Below, one piece after another: positions 1 through 11,250 of a stretch of DNA of 64,000 nt (position 1 is its first letter; every line of letters starts with the position of its first letter). Where the stretch lies: positions 13,704,001 to 13,768,000 of the forward strand of contig CM119372.1 in NCBI GenBank assembly GCA_051294905.1, read 5' to 3'. The DNA is from Botryllus schlosseri (Eukaryota). The notes beneath the pieces are model-generated. The model had not been told where the DNA came from and ran no database searches. It saw nothing but the letters and a program-made list of their open reading frames with translations. The position numbers and the translations under genes were made by a program.

Positions 1-304
1 ATCACATATCAAAATGTAAAATTACAAGCTACGCACAGTTATTGGCTGCGACCGGTAATTCGTTGTAAAATTTACAGAGATTTTCCAGTAAATCTACCAG
101 ATTTTTTACAGTGTAGGTATGATGTTTATTCAATCAATCATTGAAATTTATATAAAGAATATATCGTGGTCTAATGTAAAAAATCTTGCAGGAGTACGGG
201 ATCCATCTTGATTTGATATGTTCGTTGTATCATAAAAGCAAATCCGTGCGATTAGGGTGTTGGCTACTGTATAAAAGGTTATGGGATAATATCGGTAGCA
301 AGTA

Positions 305-675
305 TAGGGTTACCATACGTCCTCTTTTAAGATGATTATTCCTCTTTTTTGAAAGTGTTCTCGGAGGACGCCAAAATGTCCTCTTTTTTGAGAATTTTGG
401 TTTAAATATAGGGCAAAATCCGACTGAGATACAGTAAATCAGCACTGAAGTAACGCTCCGGCGGCTATTTTGCGAACTGAGCCGGAATGCAAGCCTTTTT
501 TGTCAGCGAATGGAAAATGAGGAAGTAAAACTGTATTTCGGGAATTGAGCCGGAAACTTGACCTCTTTTTAGTCAAAAATTTACAATATTTTCAGGATTT
601 TCCTCCGGTATTGCAAGTCTGAAAATTTTTAAAAAGTTTCCTTTTTTCAGATTTACAATATGTGGTAACCATATA
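305..675. mobile_element. hAT-type MITE (TIR tagggttacca)
   Basis: TIR tagggttaccata / tgtggtaaccata; TSD agcaagta 297-304 and 676-683. Confidence 0.7.
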
Positions 676-937
676 AGCAAGTATAGAAACCCGTTTTACA
701 CTCTGGTCAATATCAACGTAGCAATAGTCAGACGCCGACAATACGATGTCCGGTCTGGCCTAGACCCGGCGTAAGCTAATATTCCCTCGCAAGTCCTTGT
801 CGAAATTGTTGGCAAAGCGACGAAGGATATTGATTTTATGGGATTATTGATGGCTGTAGTTGATGACGTTTAAAAATTATAAGCATGTAGGCTACTTCAG
901 CATTGTGGCATAATGTGGCCTGACGAGTCGTCGCTAG

Positions 938-2227
938 TAGGGATGGTGTGAACCTCTGAAAGGTTCAGGTTCTTGTGAACGCGAACCTTTTTGAAAGGTT
1001 CTGTGTGAACGCGAACGTGAACCCCATGACGTCACGTGACGTCATATTGCTAATTCCAATCCTATCTTTCAGTGAAGTGATAGCCTATATCAATCAATCA
1101 AGGATAATCCCAGAATTATCGAATAAAAACTGAAATAACTCCGCTTCTACGGCTTGGAATTGAGTCAAATTTGTTTTGCATAGTTTTTGAAGACAGCCCA
1201 ACAATTTCATGGGGTTGGCAGAAAAATTTGAAAAAAAAATTTTTTTGCGTTTCTGGGCAAATCCGAAATTTTCAAACTCTACGTAACCCGCGAATATTTG
1301 TCGGAATGAATTCAAATTTGGTATGCGTCGTTTTTTAAGGCAACCCAACGATTTAATCAAGTAACCAGCAAGATTCAGGAAAAAAAGTTATTTTTGAACA
1401 GCCCTAGTGTACACGATACCTAGCGACGAGTCGGGCCACATATGCCACAATGCTGAGGTACATATTGGCGTTTTAAACGTCGCTGAATATATCAACTGAG
1501 GCAATCAAAGAATATAGTAATCCCATAAAATCAATATTTTCCGTCGCTTAGCCAACAATTTTGACCAGGACTTACCAGGGAATAAAAGCTTACGCCTTAA
1601 TGGTCCAGGCCAGACCGGACAATGTATTCGGCGTCTGAGTATTGCTACATTGATATTGAGCAGAGTGTAAAACGGGTTTCTATACTTGCTACCGATTTTA
1701 CCCCAATAATAAGTTATACAGCAATAGCCAACACCTCAATCGTACGGATTTGGTTTTAATGATATAGTGAACCTATGAAGATTTACCCCGTACCCCTGCT
1801 AGATTTTTTACGTCAGAAAACGATTGATTGGTTGAATAAGTATCATTGCTGACTACGCATTTCGCTCGTGATGTTTTGTGATTGCGGGTCGAGCTCACAG
1901 CAGAGAGTCACTAAATGTTCACAAACGGTAATTAAGCTGGATATTTCGAGCAAACTTTTGTAACAAAACAAGTAAAACTTTTGAGATTGTCAAGGTGCAT
2001 GTTCATATACTGTTGACTTTTATACTGCCAACGCCATGCATAGAGTGGCCCGCAGTTGAAATGCAATAAATTTGAACGAAAGATGTCACAATGAAGTGAA
2101 AATTGTAATATATGAAAAAGGTTCACAGTCCAGAACCTACCAAGGTTCTGTTGTGAACGTGAACCTCTAAACTTCCGAGGTTCACACACAGAACGCGAAC
2201 GTGAACCTCAGGTTCACACCATCCCTA
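938..2227 (+). mobile_element. hAT-type MITE (TIR tagggatggtgtgaacc) inserted into an inverted copy of its own family
   Basis: TIRs at 938 and 2211-2227; gtcgctag at 930-937 and 2230-2237; interior is the reverse complement of 117-937 plus 2230-2399. Confidence 0.7.
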
Positions 2228-2651
2228 TAGTCGCTAGGTCTCGTGCACATTAATATATCACTTCACTGAAATGTAGGGTTGGAATTAGCATTATGACCTC
2301 ATGTGACGTCATAGGTTCACGTTCACGTTCACACAGAACCTTTCAAAATGGTTCGCGTACACACGAACCTGAACCTTTCAGGGGTTTGTACCATCCCTAT
2401 CTGGTGCCCTACCTCGCCCAGACATTGCTTCATTGATCATGTGGTACCATCGTTTTTTACAGCCAGACTGTACATACAGAGACAAGTGTACTTGTTTGAT
2501 GAGGGTGTGATCAGACGAGTTGACCTCCTCGGTCGTATCGATCACTCCTATCTGATACCGAATACTGTGCAATGTGCATGCATATTTTCTGTACCACCAT
2601 AATTGCCGTCTGTTTGGTATGTAGGCCTACTTTGATTGGATGAAAAAGAAA

Positions 2652-2652
<1 letters not shown>

Positions 2653-2695
<43 letters not shown>
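2653..2695. repeat. (CT)n microsatellite
   Basis: Direct observation. Confidence 0.95.
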
Positions 2696-2696
<1 letters not shown>

Positions 2697-3085
2697 GGCA
2701 GTGTTTGGGCCATTGCACGTAAAGGCAATAATTATGTCCACTCATATCAGCTAGAATTCTTCCTGTATGGAATGCTGTTTTCATCGCCGAAGCCGTTTCA
2801 GCTAGTGAGGAATAGGGATGGTGGTCACAGGAGAATAGCTATCTTTGAACAACAACAATATTTTGAAGCTGAAACTAATTGCAGCATTTCAAAATCATCC
2901 GAAATCCCAAATCAGATCGCGGGCCGCAAAATAAAAACTTCCAGGTCGCGTGTTGGTGAGCGCTGCTTTACAGTAAATGAAGGCTTGTAGATACTTCGGA
3001 TCTAATGACATTTTCTATACATAATTCTGTTGTTGAAATGCTTTTATCTTTTTGTTCCGATACTTCAAAGCGTTTTTTATTGCAG

Positions 3086-4067
3086 TTGGGTTCACGAGTG
3101 ACGGATGGTATCGATACTCAAATGGACATGAATACAAATACCTCACTGCCGAGACAAATTACGGTGCTCAGTCATCATTTTGCGCAAGTCATAACTCGCG
3201 TCTCGCGACGGTTGCAGTAAGGAATGGCGAGCTTGGCGGGTTGGTCATAGGAATAAGTCTGAATGCTGTGAATCCACACGACTGGCTCAAATACGTTTCA
3301 GTATACGAAACATGGCAATTTGTGTAACAGTTACTTCAGATGATTGGAGTCGATTGTAGACTGCTACTATAAAATGAAAACAGGCAATGGCAACGACCGA
3401 TTTTACGGCTTCGTTCCGCTTCGCGGAGGCTGTAGTCAGAATGGATTTGCGTAAGAGACTGTGGAATTTCTGGCAATCCAAAAGTTATCTTCCAGAGCGC
3501 AGAATTTACTGAATCTGGTCGTGATCGGAAGCTACAGTCGCTGCGATTTCGAAATTCTTTGTTTTATTTTGCTACAATTTATACCAATATACTTGTTTTT
3601 AACAACAACAATTTGCCATCTTAAAGGTATTCGTGTCAGACGTTGCAGAATTAGCGTCATATTTCCACATAAACTGAACCGTTCATTGAATTTGAGCCAA
3701 TAGCTTGAACCGAGTGTACGGGAGTCTTTCATGGATCTCCGCCATTTATATTCGACGTTACACCGAATGAACGAGATGCATAACTGAAATATTTGAACTT
3801 TTCAGTTTCCAAAACACTATTGGGGTTCCAGACTTTACAATGTATTTCGTCGGGGGAACAGATGCCATTGTCGAAGACACGTGGATTTTCCAGGATTCCA
3901 TCGTGATGACTACTGATGATATTAAAGTGTGGGCTGAAAATGAGCCTAATGATGACGCAGTTCCAGATGTTGAGGATTGCTTAGCATGGTTTAAAAATCT
4001 CAACAAATTGGGAGATACCTCATGTTCAAATACGCTTTCAGCCATGTGTGAGCGACCAATTGCGTAA
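3086..4067 (+). CDS. C-type lectin domain protein (EPN type), last two exons 3086-3239 and 3806-4067; 5' part not identified
   Basis: Spliced translation GWYRYSNGHEYKYL...FCASHNSRLATV...YFVGGTD...TWIFQD...WAENEPND...EDCL...LGDTSCSNTLSAMCE*: four CTLD cysteines, WIGL-like FVGG, EPN; phase-compatible splice sites. Confidence 0.88.
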
Positions 4068-4451
4068 AGTATATGCTGTAAACGGTTAAAGAACTCGTGT
4101 CAAATTGAGCATGGAAGTCGTGCTGAATATACTTTATGTACCAAAGTACGTCTTGCCCAATTTATTATCATAGGACGAGATAGGTAGCCTACAGGTATCA
4201 TTTACTTTTTCGTGTAGCCTACTACTACTGCATAAATGCGTATTCGAAATATTAGTAAGCAAAACCATAGGGCCGATTGGAGTCGGTAAGGACAAAGCTC
4301 GGTATTGGCACGAACTCCAGAAATTCCGACTTATAGCCGACATATTTAAACATTGAACTCAACGATTAATACGGGATTATATACAGTAATGGATATATCA
4401 TGTGGGGTTTTTCACTTGCACGTCGTTACAGCGTATAGATTGAATCCGACG

Positions 4452-4722
4452 AGAGAGTGTGGTGGTTGAGCGTCACTTTTGTCATGGGCTCGAAGTCTCG
4501 AACCCGGGCAAGCCAGACCTAATTCCGGATTGTCAAATTTACATTACCGACTTTTTCGCTAGGGATGCTGCAATTCCCGGAATGTGTTCATGTTTTACTG
4601 AACGGCAGAAACGACATAAGCCATTAGCCATCGCATGGCTCCGGTGTTAACGTCGCTGGAGCATGAAATCTCAGCATCTGAATCTGGTTCCTATTTCTCT
4701 GTTGGCCGATGATGATGATGAA
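4452..4722 (+). mobile_element. Degenerate tRNA-derived SINE
   Basis: A-box-like gtgtggtgg, B-box-like tctcgaaccc, (gat)n tail. Confidence 0.45.
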
Positions 4723-5266
4723 TATTATCAACAATTGAACATTTTGTCCAAGGCCAAAATTCATATTCTTAACCATTGCGCGGGTGACCTAAGTATTGAT
4801 GACTTTTTGTCTAAAGCTGGATTAGGTAACGGTGAACGCAAGACATATGTTACTACTAGGGATAAAGTGAGCTTCGCGTTCGGCGTGCGAACCTCGAGAA
4901 ATTAGAGGTTCGCGTTCGCAAGAGAACCTTGGTGGGCTCTGCACTGAGCCTTTTTCATATATAAAAAATTTTCACGTCATTCTGTTACACTGGTCAACAC
5001 ATATTTTTAGGCGGACAAAGTAAGAGTGGTTTTGGGGGTTCTGAAGGGCACTGATTCCGAACATGACCTTGGTTTTTTGAAATTGGCTCTTGTTTTGGAG
5101 ATAACCCATGGGGCTATTTTGACCAAAATCTCCCATTTTCGCTGTAATGGCTAGATAGAAAATCGGCTCAGTCGCACTATAAAGTTTAGAAATTCAATCT
5201 ACTTGTTCTTTTTACACACAAAAGACTCTTTTAAATCAAAATACAGCAACAGCACTATATTTAGGG

Positions 5267-6043
5267 CAGGGGTGGCCAACCTTTTTGCCATTCACGGCCG
5301 CATTTCGACTACTCATGTAGCCCACGGCCGCATTCCACGGCATAGTCGTAATGAACGAGGTGGACGCCAAATACCCAGGTTAAAGTGTCTATGTCCATTT
5401 CTGGTGAACTCCGGATAGGCTTACTATGCGCACCAAAATCGCGAGTGGTCACTGGTAACGTTAAGGAAGGAAGTGCTCATAGTCGCGAAAAGCGCGAAAA
5501 AAATTTCAGATTCACTAATGAATTTAGTCATTGATATTAGTAGTTTTACATATTACCATCAAACATTTATCCTTTCTCATCCCGTGTGATCAGATCCACC
5601 GGTATAGAGTTGATGTAGGAGTGTTTTCGAAAATTTAGAGCAAGTTATAAATTATGATACATCTTCGGGTGGGCCAATTGGTATTAGTCACTTGTTGTGT
5701 GCTGTTATTTTTTGACCTCCCATCAGGATTGTTAGTATAGTGAGGAGCACACGATTCCGAGTTGGTATTTCCATACGAGGCGCATCATTTTCCGCTGATG
5801 TTCGCATCTGTATTGTGGGGCTCTGATTGCAAAGGGTGCTACTTTATTAAAATCGAAAAATGTAGTCGTATTTAATCGCGCGCAGCGCGAAGAAAATTTC
5901 AAGATTAATTAAAATCTTTCAAGAAATCGGGAGTCAATTCATAAATTCAAATTGCATGTCGACGGCCGCCAACACACACCAATTGAACTGCGTGTCTATG
6001 GCCGCACAAATTCCCTCTTACGGCCGCAGGTAGGCCACCTCTG
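5267..6043. mobile_element. hAT (Charlie-like) MITE
   Basis: TIR caggggtggccaacc / ggtaggccacctctg; TSD atttaggg 5259-5266 and 6044-6051. Confidence 0.85.
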
Positions 6044-7356
6044 ATTTAGGGGTATTAGATTTATCATAGTTATACACTTTCACGGATATCATGTACATAA
6101 ATATACTCCAGTCATGTATATAAGTATTTACATAGATACTCAAATAACGTGGCATTAATTCAATCAGTTTTACGTCAACCACCTATTGTAAATTTGAAAT
6201 AATCAGATGGAATATAATATTATTCATTTATTATAAGTCACAATTGTTTTTTGTACGATTTTTGCCTGTAAGCAATTTAGTGCAGTTTCTCGAAAGGTTC
6301 GAACAATGGTCTGCCAAAATATATATATTCATCTCAACGGGAAGGAGCCAAAGTCGGAAGCAGTCCTCGCGACACTGTAACCGATGATGGGTTGATGGAA
6401 GCTGCAAATCAGTACGCGTCGAGCCGGCACGTTGTCCGTGTGGCCGCTGGCAGTGTCGCCGCTAGCCGTTGTCGCTGGCGCAAGAGTCGAGATGGTAATC
6501 ACCACTGGTGCGAAATATGTGTCGAGTCAGGAATCCCCGCTGGCACCAATCATAAATACGCCGATATTATGACGGCAACTGTCTTACCTTCTTTCTCAAA
6601 AGGTAAAAAAAAAATATGGGAAATCCCTAGTGTCGCGGGTCAGGTAGCCCCTGCTGGCACTAGTCGAGAAAGTGTCGGTCAGTTAGCACTGCTGGCACTA
6701 ACCAAAGGTGTGTCGAGTCGGGAATCCCTGACGGAACCATTCATGAAGACGTCGAGCGCGGAATCCCCGCTGGCGCAAATAAGGACCAACTTGAGCAGCA
6801 GTGTTGCCAACTCCGGATGGACAAAAATCGCTAAAACTGGTGTTAAAAATCGCTAGATGTAGCTAAATCTTGAAATAAAATCGCTAAAAAAGTCGCTAAA
6901 TCTGTATTAATGCCTAAAGTTGCTAGATTGAACCAGGGTAGCTATTTTCTTGTTAGCTATATTGTAATCAGCTGTGTCAATAGGCACTTATCATACTTAT
7001 AGTTCATAATACGCATTACGCAGGAGTCATCTCAAAACCGGACAAAATGTGTGGTGCATTTCAACAAAACAGACTGCTGTGCGCCATAATTGCTGTGCGT
7101 GTCCAGATTTGCAGTTATACCCGCTCACTATATATTGCCTGTAAACTAACTACTGCCGCTTAAATGGGATTTGCGTTGAAAAGCATCCTACATATACAAG
7201 GTCCAACCCGATACAAGCACCCTAATTTTCCACTTGGATCAATTTTTTGTCCTAAAATCGGAGTACAAGAATTTCGAAAAAAATTTCCTCTAAATGAAAC
7301 TTGCAATTACACCTTTCTTCTTGTTTGTTGTCAATCGCGCATCACATCCAGACATC

Positions 7357-7650
7357 GTGGTAATCTTAGGTGGTAATCTGATTGCTGCACCTATTTTCCA
7401 CTCCTGGTAGGTGTATTCTACTAGTTTTTACCCACAGGAAGGGTGTGATACTATCTTTTGTCTGGTTCACACTGCAGGTCAGGTCAACTAGTTTGCGCCC
7501 CCGTTTATTTCTCCTCCATGCTATCCGTGAATGCCTAACAGGATAGCTGCGGATACCAATTTTCGAGTCTTTGGTATGACCCGGCCGGGGATCGAACCCA
7601 CAGGCTAATGATCGAGAAGCCGGACGCATAACCATTACACCATCTCGCTC
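7357..7650 (-). mobile_element. tRNA-derived SINE
   Basis: Pol III A box TGGTGTAATGG (7642-7632) and B box GGTTCGATCC (7598-7589), then non-tRNA body and repeated tail; related copy at 55224-55490. Confidence 0.75.
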
Positions 7651-7752
7651 AGTTGATATACACCTTTCTTCTCTGCTCCTTCAAACACAATGCTCTCGTG
7701 TCTGACGCTGGCTCGATCACCTGCTCATACAGAGGTGCGTATTAAGCATGGG

Positions 7753-8916
7753 CAGCACCGTAACTGCCGCACCCCAAACCCCTCAATTGGGGGGACCCAA
7801 GCTCGAAGGGGCCCCAAAATTATTTCGTGAATTAGCATAAATCATAGAGTATTTTTTGAAAATTTAAGCAATTTTTTCAAAAGTTTTTCGCGCTGCGTGC
7901 GAATTCAAGTAGACACCTTGGCCGAAAAGGTCTATGCCCTTATGCTGACCGAAGACTTCGTTATATACACAAAATACATATAGGTTTAATTGTCCATAGG
8001 CGCCTAAATGACTGGCGCCGAATGTTGCTGTCTTTGCAATCTGAACCTCACAAGACAAATACCATCCCGCTGGTCAAAATTTTATGCCAGTGAAGAAATA
8101 CCAATTTGAAATCGTGTGCGTCTCTTAGTTTAGAAGCTCACGTTTGGGCGATTCTATATTTTTGGTTATAGCAGACTGGAAGTCACGAAATAACATCATG
8201 TAACGAAGTCATATCAACGGGTCCGCCCGCCGAAGATGTTTAATTAGTATTTACGGGCCCTCCCGTTTTCAAGACACTTCACTCGGCTCTACCGGTGAAT
8301 CTAATTACGTGAGTAGAGAGGACAATAAATTGATAGCATAATATATATGCAATCGCCGATCTGATTGACCGATTTTATCATAAATTATCGAAAATTTTCG
8401 CGCTTAGCGCTGCCTCACAACACAGTACAGATGATTTCGTGACAAACGCGAACAACGTGATGGGGGGGGGTCGTTTTACACCCTATGGGAGCCCAAGACC
8501 CACGTTTTTGGGGGCCTGACGAGGTACTGTTTCGTTCCTGCCAATGGGTATACGCCCGAAGATGTTTAATTATTATTGAGTCGTCCTACCTTTTCAAACA
8601 CACCTCACTCAGCTCTACCGGCAAATCTGATTACGTGAGCAGAGAGAAGATAAAAATTGATAACAATATATATGCAATTCCCGATCATACTGACCGATTC
8701 AATCATGAATTCTAGAAATTTTCCGCGCTTCGCGAGCTTAGGCGACAAAAGCTGATTCACTAAACAAACTCCCAACAATATGATAAGTAGCGGTAAACAG
8801 GGTATCGCGGGAGGGGGGTCTGGGGGGCTTTCCCCCCCCCGAAGTTCGGCCTATAACCCTATGGGGGGCCCAAGACCAAAGTTTGGGGGGGCTGACGAAG
8901 TGCTGTTACGGCCCTG
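7753..8916 (+). mobile_element. Non-autonomous DNA transposon, family X (GC-rich ends)
   Basis: Ends cagcaccgtaac / gttacggccctg; TSD agcatggg 7745-7752 and 8917-8924; inverted copies at 31825-32808 and ~31766-35133. Confidence 0.85.
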
Positions 8917-9397
8917 AGCATGGGTACAGGTTTTCCCCAGTTTGACATGTCATGTTAAGGGTGCGTACTACAGATGGAAAATGAGCGTACCTATAGCACT
9001 TCTTATAGCCCCTGGCCATCCTGTTTCCCTAGTATCTATACATTGGATAAGCGACGGGACGATACATCAAATATCTTTATTAAAGATTTAAATCTTTTAA
9101 TTTTCAATTTTTATCTGTTGGAAATGGGCTGACCAGCGGTTTTAGGTTATTTTTGAATTTACTGTCAGCAATTGGGATTTCGAGGCGTTTGCAAAGGTTA
9201 TTCGATCAATAACCTGGTTGTTAATATCGCACCTGTCCTTGTTCACGAATGTTCAGTCTAGGCTATGTCATAGTCCTTGTAGAAGTAAAAAGTAAAATCG
9301 TTCATTTACAAAGAAATCGATTAGATATGTTAAATAATCGATTGCGACTACGATCGCTTGAAAATCCTGTAATCGATTACGATTACCAATCACGGAC

Positions 9398-9770
9398 CGG
9401 ACCCGATGTGTGGAACAGTATCCCGCCGGCCATCTGACAGTCGACGAGCATGTCCACATTCAAGTCAAAATACAAGCAATTACTACTAAATAAATACAGT
9501 CCATCCTCAAGATTACCGGACCACGACTGACCTATCGATGTCGCTTCCCATGACATGCCGCCCTATTCTTGTCGCTTTCATTTTCTATACTGTCTTCTTT
9601 ACTTTCATTCAGTGTGCATGCCTCCTCTTTACATCGCCTAGGCCAAGGTGGGTGTCTGATTCCATAGACAACTCCAAGTCGCTTCGACATCTTCCTGTCT
9701 TTTCATTGTATCGCATTTTTTGTGGTGTATTGAACTGATAAAATTGCTAATAAACCAATGATGATGATCA
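9398..9770 (+). mobile_element. 3' end of a CR1/L2-like LINE
   Basis: GPDVWNSIPPAI*QSTSMSTFKSKYKQLLLNKY fits the GPxxWNSLP...FK..LK ORF2 C-terminal pattern; followed by a 3'UTR, aataaa and a (tga)n tail. Confidence 0.7.
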
Positions 9771-9789
9771 CGATCACCCCACGCCCGCT

Positions 9790-11046
9790 TGGGTGTCTTA
9801 CGGACAGTGTTGTCATTCGGACATCGTGTCTGGGGTATGTTCGGACCGTGTTCCCAATCGGAAATCGTGTTCGAATATCATATCCGAGGTGTGTTTGGAC
9901 TGCTTTGGCACTCGGACAACGTGTCTGGGTAGTGTTCGGACTGTGTTGCTACTCGGACTTGCGTATGGGATATGTTGGTGCTGCGACTGACGTTCTTGTG
10001 AATGTAACGACTGTTCTCATTGTGAACATGGGACTTTTCTTATCGTGAACATGAGACTATTCTTATTGCGAAAATGACTGCTCTTATTGTGAACATGAGA
10101 CTGTGCTTATTTTTAACATGCCTGACCTTATTGTGAACTGGCAATACAGTCCGATCATACCTCAGACATCATGTCAGGAGTGATGAAATTCATAATCTAC
10201 TCCGTTCCACATACGGCTTGAGATTCCTATTCCTTACACTGGACAAAGACCAGTCCAACACACACAGCAGAGTATATTACAGCGGACCTGTTCAGTGTTC
10301 ATACAGCGAGCGACGTATCGTACTACCACGTGGCAACCCAGAATCAAACCAATTATACCCGAGTATCAAAACATTAACTCGAACGTACACGAGAAACCAG
10401 AACACTTTCAATATGAGTCATTCTCACTCATGCAGGGAGACTAGTGGTTAGCTAACAAAGTTCCAGAATATTCCAAACACAAGTACAGTGTACAACGAAT
10501 ACACAATAGGTACAATATATACAACAGTTTAACAATGTCTCGTGTAACATGAAAATCATTATTTTCAACAGCAGTGTCTTCGGACTGCATTGACACTTGG
10601 ACATCGAGTCTTGGGGTGGCGTTTTCGGACATCATTTCCGTGAAGTGTTTAGTCATCATGTCTAGGGTGTGTTCAGAAAATCATGTTTGGAGTGTCTCCG
10701 GACTGCGTTGACACTGGGACATCGTGTCTGAGGTGTGTTCGGACCGTTGTCAATCGGAAATCGTGTTTGGACATCATGTCTGTGGTGTGTTCGGACTGCG
10801 TTGGCACTAGGACATCGTGTCTGGGCGGTGTTCGGATATCATGTCCGGTGTGTGTTCGGACTGCTTCGACAGTAACACTCGGACATCGTGTCTGGGGGTG
10901 TTCGGACATCATATCTGGGGTGTGTTCGGACTATGTAGACACTCGAACATCGTGTCTGGGGGATACGTTGGTGGTGCGACTGACGCTACTGTGAATATAA
11001 CGACTGGGTTCTTATTTTGAACAAAACTGTTCTTATTGTGAACATT
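9790..11046. repeat. Two related minisatellite blocks (~20/40-bp ggacatcgtgtctggggtgtgttc units followed by ~20-bp gactgttcttattgtgaacat units)
   Basis: Arrays at ~9790-10140 and ~10575-11046 with a shared junction gggata(t/c)gttggtg.tgcgactgacg. Confidence 0.85.
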
Positions 11047-11250
11047 ATCGAACATTTATCATTGATCGAACCAGCCCTGTAGTGCCGAGCCGACAACTTG
11101 ACGCCCTAATGCATCTTCCAGGCTGGGACCCGCTTGTTTCTCCTCTCGGATTTTCCTTATTACACCCATTCAGCTGTTGCCACCAGAGACTAACCCATCC
11201 TCAGACGAGGCCATTGCTGATATGGTGTATTTGCTACCGAGGCCACAGTC

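Noticed and set aside
2640..2990. 116-aa ORF with SL repeats
   Set aside because: Produced by the (CT)n microsatellite; no domain features.
7570..7650. tRNA gene
   Set aside because: A and B boxes are present but there is no clean cloverleaf or poly-T terminator; it continues into a body shared with 55224-55490, so it is a SINE.
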